Assembly (NCBI GenBank): GCA_048884965.1
Contig: JBHLQH010000017.1
Location: 7,258-71,257 of the forward strand
DNA length: 64,000 nucleotides
Source: Candidatus Thorarchaeota archaeon
Lineage (GTDB): Archaea; Asgardarchaeota; Thorarchaeia; Thorarchaeales; Thorarchaeaceae
Direction of reading: 5' to 3'
Part shown: positions 60,207-64,000 of the stretch, one piece after another
Layout of the letters: each line of letters starts with the position of its first letter
Position numbering within the stretch: the first letter of the stretch is position 1
Position numbers and translations under genes: made by a program
The notes under the pieces: model-generated
Told to the model about the DNA's origin: nothing
Database searches by the model: none
Seen by the model: only the letters and a program-made list of their open reading frames with translations

Positions 60207-61208
60207 GTGACCAAGAAGATGCGAATCACACTCTTCCTTGTGGTGATGCTGCTCACCACGCCTATGATCTATCACTCAGCTCAAACAGATTATTCCCCCC
60301 TGTTCGATGGCGAGAGAGCATATGATCATCTAGTTGCACAGTGTGATTTTGGGCCTAGACCCCCCGGTTCCCAGAACTTGACTAACTGTAGGGAATACGT
60401 AGTAGATGAGCTTGAAGCGCTTGGTTGGATTGTGACGCTGCAAACTTTCACATATCTGAATACACAGTGTGCCAATATTATCGCAAGCTGGTCTTCGCAG
60501 GATCCAGTCCATTTCGTCCTAGGGGCGCATTATGATACTCGTCCTTATGCGGATCAAGAGTCAGACTCATTCAACAGAACTCTCCCCGTACTTGGTGCGA
60601 ATGATGCAGGTAGCGGTGTGGGGGTTCTTCTTGAGCTTGCACGAGTTCTTCCTGAGAGTTCTCGCCCAAAGGCCGAGCTTGTGTTCTTCGATGCAGAAGA
60701 CTCTGGAAATATCGCTGGGTGGAACTGGATTGTTGGGTCTACTCACTATGTTGCACAATTGACAGAATCACAACGTACGAATATTACTGGTATGATCCTT
60801 CTTGATATGGTAGGAGATGCAAACCTTGTGATTCCAAAGGAGTCCAGCTCTACTGATAATCTACAAGATGATATCTGGGACATCGCAGAAGACCTTGGGC
60901 ATAGTGAAGTCTTTGTCGATAGGACTGGTTCCTCAGTACTTGATGATCACCGTCCATTCTTGGATGCTGGAATCCCTGCAGTGGACTTGATTCATACCCC
61001 ATTTCCCTGGACTTGGCATACTCTTCACGACACTCCAGAGAACTGTGCGCCATCAAGCCTTCAAGTCGTAGGTGAGGTCGTAGAAACCTTTCTTGTGACC
61101 AACTCAGGCTCATACACAGTTGACACTTCTCTGGACATCATTATCGTGGTACTAGTTCTTGTACCAGCTGTTATGACTCTCGCATATCTATTCTATCGTC
61201 AGAAGTAG
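60207..61208 (+). CDS. M28-fold protein, probable type II glutaminyl-peptide cyclotransferase, membrane anchored
   Basis: AHYDTRP, GANDAGSG, FFDAED, LLDMVG, DDHRPFL, PFPWTWHT..D; signal peptide and C-terminal TM. Confidence 0.8.
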   Translation: MTKKMRITLFLVVMLLTTPMIYHSAQTDYSPLFDGERAYDHLVAQCDFGPRPPGSQNLTNCREYVVDELEALGWIVTLQTFTYLNTQCANIIASWSSQDPVHFVLGAHYDTRPYADQESDSFNRTLPVLGANDAGSGVGVLLELARVLPESSRPKAELVFFDAEDSGNIAGWNWIVGSTHYVAQLTESQRTNITGMILLDMVGDANLVIPKESSSTDNLQDDIWDIAEDLGHSEVFVDRTGSSVLDDHRPFLDAGIPAVDLIHTPFPWTWHTLHDTPENCAPSSLQVVGEVVETFLVTNSGSYTVDTSLDIIIVVLVLVPAVMTLAYLFYRQK

Positions 61209-61267
61209 ATGTTACACACTTTTTAACGCTAGAAATCCTATGATATGCTGTAGTCCGGTGAATAAAT

Positions 61268-62155
61268 TTGGAGAAACAAGTGCTCTACAGGCTAACAGGT
61301 ACCAAACCACTCCCTCTTGTGAATATGGCAGTGAGTCCGAAAGGTAACAGGATAGCCTGTGGCACAAGTGATGCCCGCATCGTTCTCATCAATCTCAGTA
61401 CTGGAAAGCCTCTTCGTTCTCTTACCGGTCATCAATCAATGATTTCAGCACTGGTATTCACGCACGGTGGTTCCAATATCATATCCTCAAGCTGGGACAG
61501 CACTACAAGGTCTTGGAGCAGCACCAAGGGCACTCAGAACGAATCAATTCTTACTCACACTTCCGAGATCAAAGCTCTTGCAGTTCATGGGGATACCTCT
61601 AGAGGGGCTGTTGGCACCCGAGATGGATTGGTCAAGATATTCTCCATTCCGTCTATGAAATGCATCAGGAATGTTCCTGCGCACAATCGAGATATCTCCG
61701 GACTTGCCTTTACTTCTGATGGAAATCGCTTGATTACTTCATCATGGGATGGCTGGGTCAAGATATGGGATCTGAGTACCTATGATATCATCAAGAATGT
61801 GATGCGCCAGAAGGAACGTATCAGATCAACAGTGTTGTCACCTGATGACTCTCGTGTGTATCTAGGATTGCATAATGGGGTGATACGTTCTGTTTCATTG
61901 GATAACGCCCGAGATGTTGAAGAGCTAAAAGGCCATACCGATATTGTCGGTGCATTAGCCATTAATTCCGCTGGCACTCTTCTTGCTTCTGGCAGTTGGG
62001 ACCGAACTTTGCGAGTTTGGGACCTCACGAAATACTCTCCTGTTCATATAGTGAAGACTGGCACAGGAATCTCTTCTCTAGCATGGAGTCCTTCTGATAA
62101 CATCCTTTACTCCACAGATTTCTCAGGCACATTGATTGCATGGGATCTGAATTGA
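61268..62155 (+). CDS. WD40-repeat beta-propeller protein
   Basis: About 7 repeats: GH...SSSWD, AH...TSSWDG.VKIWD, GH...SGSWD.T.RVWD. Confidence 0.93.
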   Translation: MEKQVLYRLTGTKPLPLVNMAVSPKGNRIACGTSDARIVLINLSTGKPLRSLTGHQSMISALVFTHGGSNIISSSWDSTTRSWSSTKGTQNESILTHTSEIKALAVHGDTSRGAVGTRDGLVKIFSIPSMKCIRNVPAHNRDISGLAFTSDGNRLITSSWDGWVKIWDLSTYDIIKNVMRQKERIRSTVLSPDDSRVYLGLHNGVIRSVSLDNARDVEELKGHTDIVGALAINSAGTLLASGSWDRTLRVWDLTKYSPVHIVKTGTGISSLAWSPSDNILYSTDFSGTLIAWDLN

Positions 62156-62162
62156 ACAGGGA

Positions 62163-62909
62163 CTATTTCTTAACCCTGATATCAATATTGAGGAATCCTT
62201 CTTTGTTGAGAGTTATTCGGACTCTCTCATATCTCCGCTTTTGTTCAGCCAACTCTTGTAGGATATCTATCTCTCTGTTCCTACTACGCTTGTCAAAGGG
62301 GATTGGTACTGGCTCACCAGACAATGTTAGCATTTCAACAGCTTTTTCATCGACCTTGACCAGCATGCCTGATAGAATGATAGTTCCGTGTTTGAAGTGA
62401 GGAATCTTTCCTCTGATATTGACCAAGGTCTTTGCTAGCTTTCGATGCCTGCTAATTTCTGCTGCTGCTGATCGTACAATGTCCCTAACATACTGCTTGG
62501 AGAACTGATGTACGAACACCTGTCGAACTTCATCAGGAGTCCTGCTGATAACTCTCATACCCTGTTCTTCTGTTGCCACCTTGACCTGTTGTGGTACATG
62601 TTCAGCGATCATGCTATATTTGAACCGTCTACCAAAGGCCGACTGCTCACTTTCTGTAGTATCCCCTTCCGCCTTGATCACGAATCGGTTTGTGATATCA
62701 TCAAAAAGAATCTCTTCAGCTTTTGCCACATTAGGGATGCGTCGCTTCAGAATTGATTTGATGGCATAATTTGTTGCATCTGAATACGTTTTGAAATCTT
62801 GCTCTATCAACAGTTGCTTCTCTCGCGAAAGAGTGACACTGAGCAGTTTGATGATTTCCACAGGCACATCAGACATATCCTTCACTTGAAAGGGGCGTAC
62901 TATTGTCAC
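62163..62909 (-). CDS. TnpB/Cas12f-like N-terminal (WED-REC) protein lacking RuvC
   Basis: Y.DATNYA, L...I..RF, SKQ....IVR.A, P.FK..TI, V..LT..G..V.IPF, closing strands RITLNKEGFLNIDIRV, then stop. Confidence 0.65.
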   Translation of the reverse strand: MTIVRPFQVKDMSDVPVEIIKLLSVTLSREKQLLIEQDFKTYSDATNYAIKSILKRRIPNVAKAEEILFDDITNRFVIKAEGDTTESEQSAFGRRFKYSMIAEHVPQQVKVATEEQGMRVISRTPDEVRQVFVHQFSKQYVRDIVRSAAAEISRHRKLAKTLVNIRGKIPHFKHGTIILSGMLVKVDEKAVEMLTLSGEPVPIPFDKRSRNREIDILQELAEQKRRYERVRITLNKEGFLNIDIRVKK

Positions 62910-62936
62910 CTAATCAATTTAGTCCTTTTAGAGAAT

Positions 62937-63965
62937 CTACAGTCTTTCCGCAATGAACTTTGCTTCTGCAATACCTCTTTGCACTCCTTTGGGAAGAAGA
63001 TCAAAGGCACCATACTCTAGAATGACTTCCTGATAGAATGTAGGCTCATGCTCTCTAAGCTTTCCCATCACCGAATCTCCCGCACTGTATGCGTTCTCAA
63101 GAGTCAGAAATGCTAATCCAATCATTGTGATTGACCTGCGCATCTCCAGAATAGCCAGCTCATAGTCACCGTTCAATGTCAGTGTTTGCGCACCATAGTA
63201 ATTTCTCTGAGCTTGAGTCAGATGGGCTCCAACTGGACTATCCGCGGTGACTTTCTCATTAGATTCGAATCTATCAACAGCCTTCTTCAGCCAATTTCGT
63301 ACAATCTCAAGAATCTCAAGGAGATTTCCTTCTCCGAAGCCCTTCAATCTGAATGTTCTTAAAAAGAGCTGATACATCATTGGATCAAGCATTCGAAGGT
63401 TAGACAAGACCTCAGATGGCTTTATGATATCAAAGACGTTGTTTCGCATGATAATCAATCTGCTGAGGTCGAATATCCCACCTCTCATCTCATGGACTGC
63501 TGACACAATCTCCTCATCTGCAAGGTACTTCTCAGCCATCGTGAGCTCATCAAGAGCAACTTGTTTCACCTTTCGCATTGTCGATTCTGGCCATCTATAT
63601 GCTCTAGCTTTTTCCACCCATTTCTTCACTTCCCCCTCTCTGTCAAACTCTACCCTCGCTCCTTTCAGTCTACTTATGACTCCCGCTACAGTGAACGCAT
63701 GATCTTCTATCTCGTCAAAGATCTCTCCAAGCTTCGTCACTGGTATAAAGTCCATATCTACCAAGACCCCTTTATGCTCTGCCATCAATCTTGCTGGGGC
63801 TTCTTCGCTCTTCCAGAGGATTACAAGATCTAAGTCGGAATTGGCTGTAGCAGTACCTCTAACAACTGAACCGTATGTGAATATCCCTTCGACTTCGTCT
63901 CGCTTTTTCCATTCATCAACGGTATCCCTAAGAGCTGAATCAAATCTACGATGAAGGTCCATCAT
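62937..63965 (-). CDS. Minimal nucleotidyltransferase domain fused to two HEPN-like helical domains
   Basis: YGSVVRG..TANSDLDL, VDMDF; ALDELTMAEKYL.....SAV and AQRNYYGAQTL...GDYELAI. Confidence 0.78.
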   Translation of the reverse strand: MMDLHRRFDSALRDTVDEWKKRDEVEGIFTYGSVVRGTATANSDLDLVILWKSEEAPARLMAEHKGVLVDMDFIPVTKLGEIFDEIEDHAFTVAGVISRLKGARVEFDREGEVKKWVEKARAYRWPESTMRKVKQVALDELTMAEKYLADEEIVSAVHEMRGGIFDLSRLIIMRNNVFDIIKPSEVLSNLRMLDPMMYQLFLRTFRLKGFGEGNLLEILEIVRNWLKKAVDRFESNEKVTADSPVGAHLTQAQRNYYGAQTLTLNGDYELAILEMRRSITMIGLAFLTLENAYSAGDSVMGKLREHEPTFYQEVILEYGAFDLLPKGVQRGIAEAKFIAERL

Positions 63966-64000
63966 TTTTGCCCAATCCTTGTACGTATTTCAAGAGAATA

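Noticed and set aside
62163-62909. Active IS200/IS605 element
   Set aside because: No RuvC, no tnpA and no recognisable element ends; flanking genes abut closely.
1-64000. Many 60-170 aa antisense or nested ORFs in the track; tRNA, rRNA, CRISPR, integrase and reverse transcriptase
   Set aside because: The nested ORFs are shadows of well-supported genes; I recognised no RNA genes, arrays or mobile-element enzymes by eye.

Overview
A gene-dense 64 kb archaeal window. The gene mix (AfpA, Mer-like LLM pair, two geranylgeranyl reductases, superoxide reductase, methanogen-type ThiI, WD40 and PARP-type zinc finger proteins, C-terminally anchored surface proteins) suggests an Asgard archaeon, probably Thorarchaeia; this is inference. 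About 65 CDS are present, including an arsenic-resistance cluster (acr3, ArsP-like permease, two thioredoxin-like proteins), serS, nth, tkt and udp, plus several decayed gene remnants. I saw no rRNA, tRNA, CRISPR array or intact mobile element. Best leads: (1) a RuvC-less TnpB/Cas12f-like WED-REC protein directly downstream of a nucleotidyltransferase-HEPN-HEPN gene; (2) a membrane-anchored type II glutaminyl cyclase, with Gln at +1 in 3 of 4 readable signal peptides (possible archaeal 'Q-rule'); (3) unannotated micro-peptides, two ending in EPF, divergent from two tandem Lrp-like regulators and followed by a Roadblock-like protein and an MFS gene; (4) a THUMP-less ThiI with a stand-alone ThiF C-terminal domain beside larE; (5) a circularly permuted family-5 solute-binding protein. 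All product calls come from motif recognition by eye, with no database searches.
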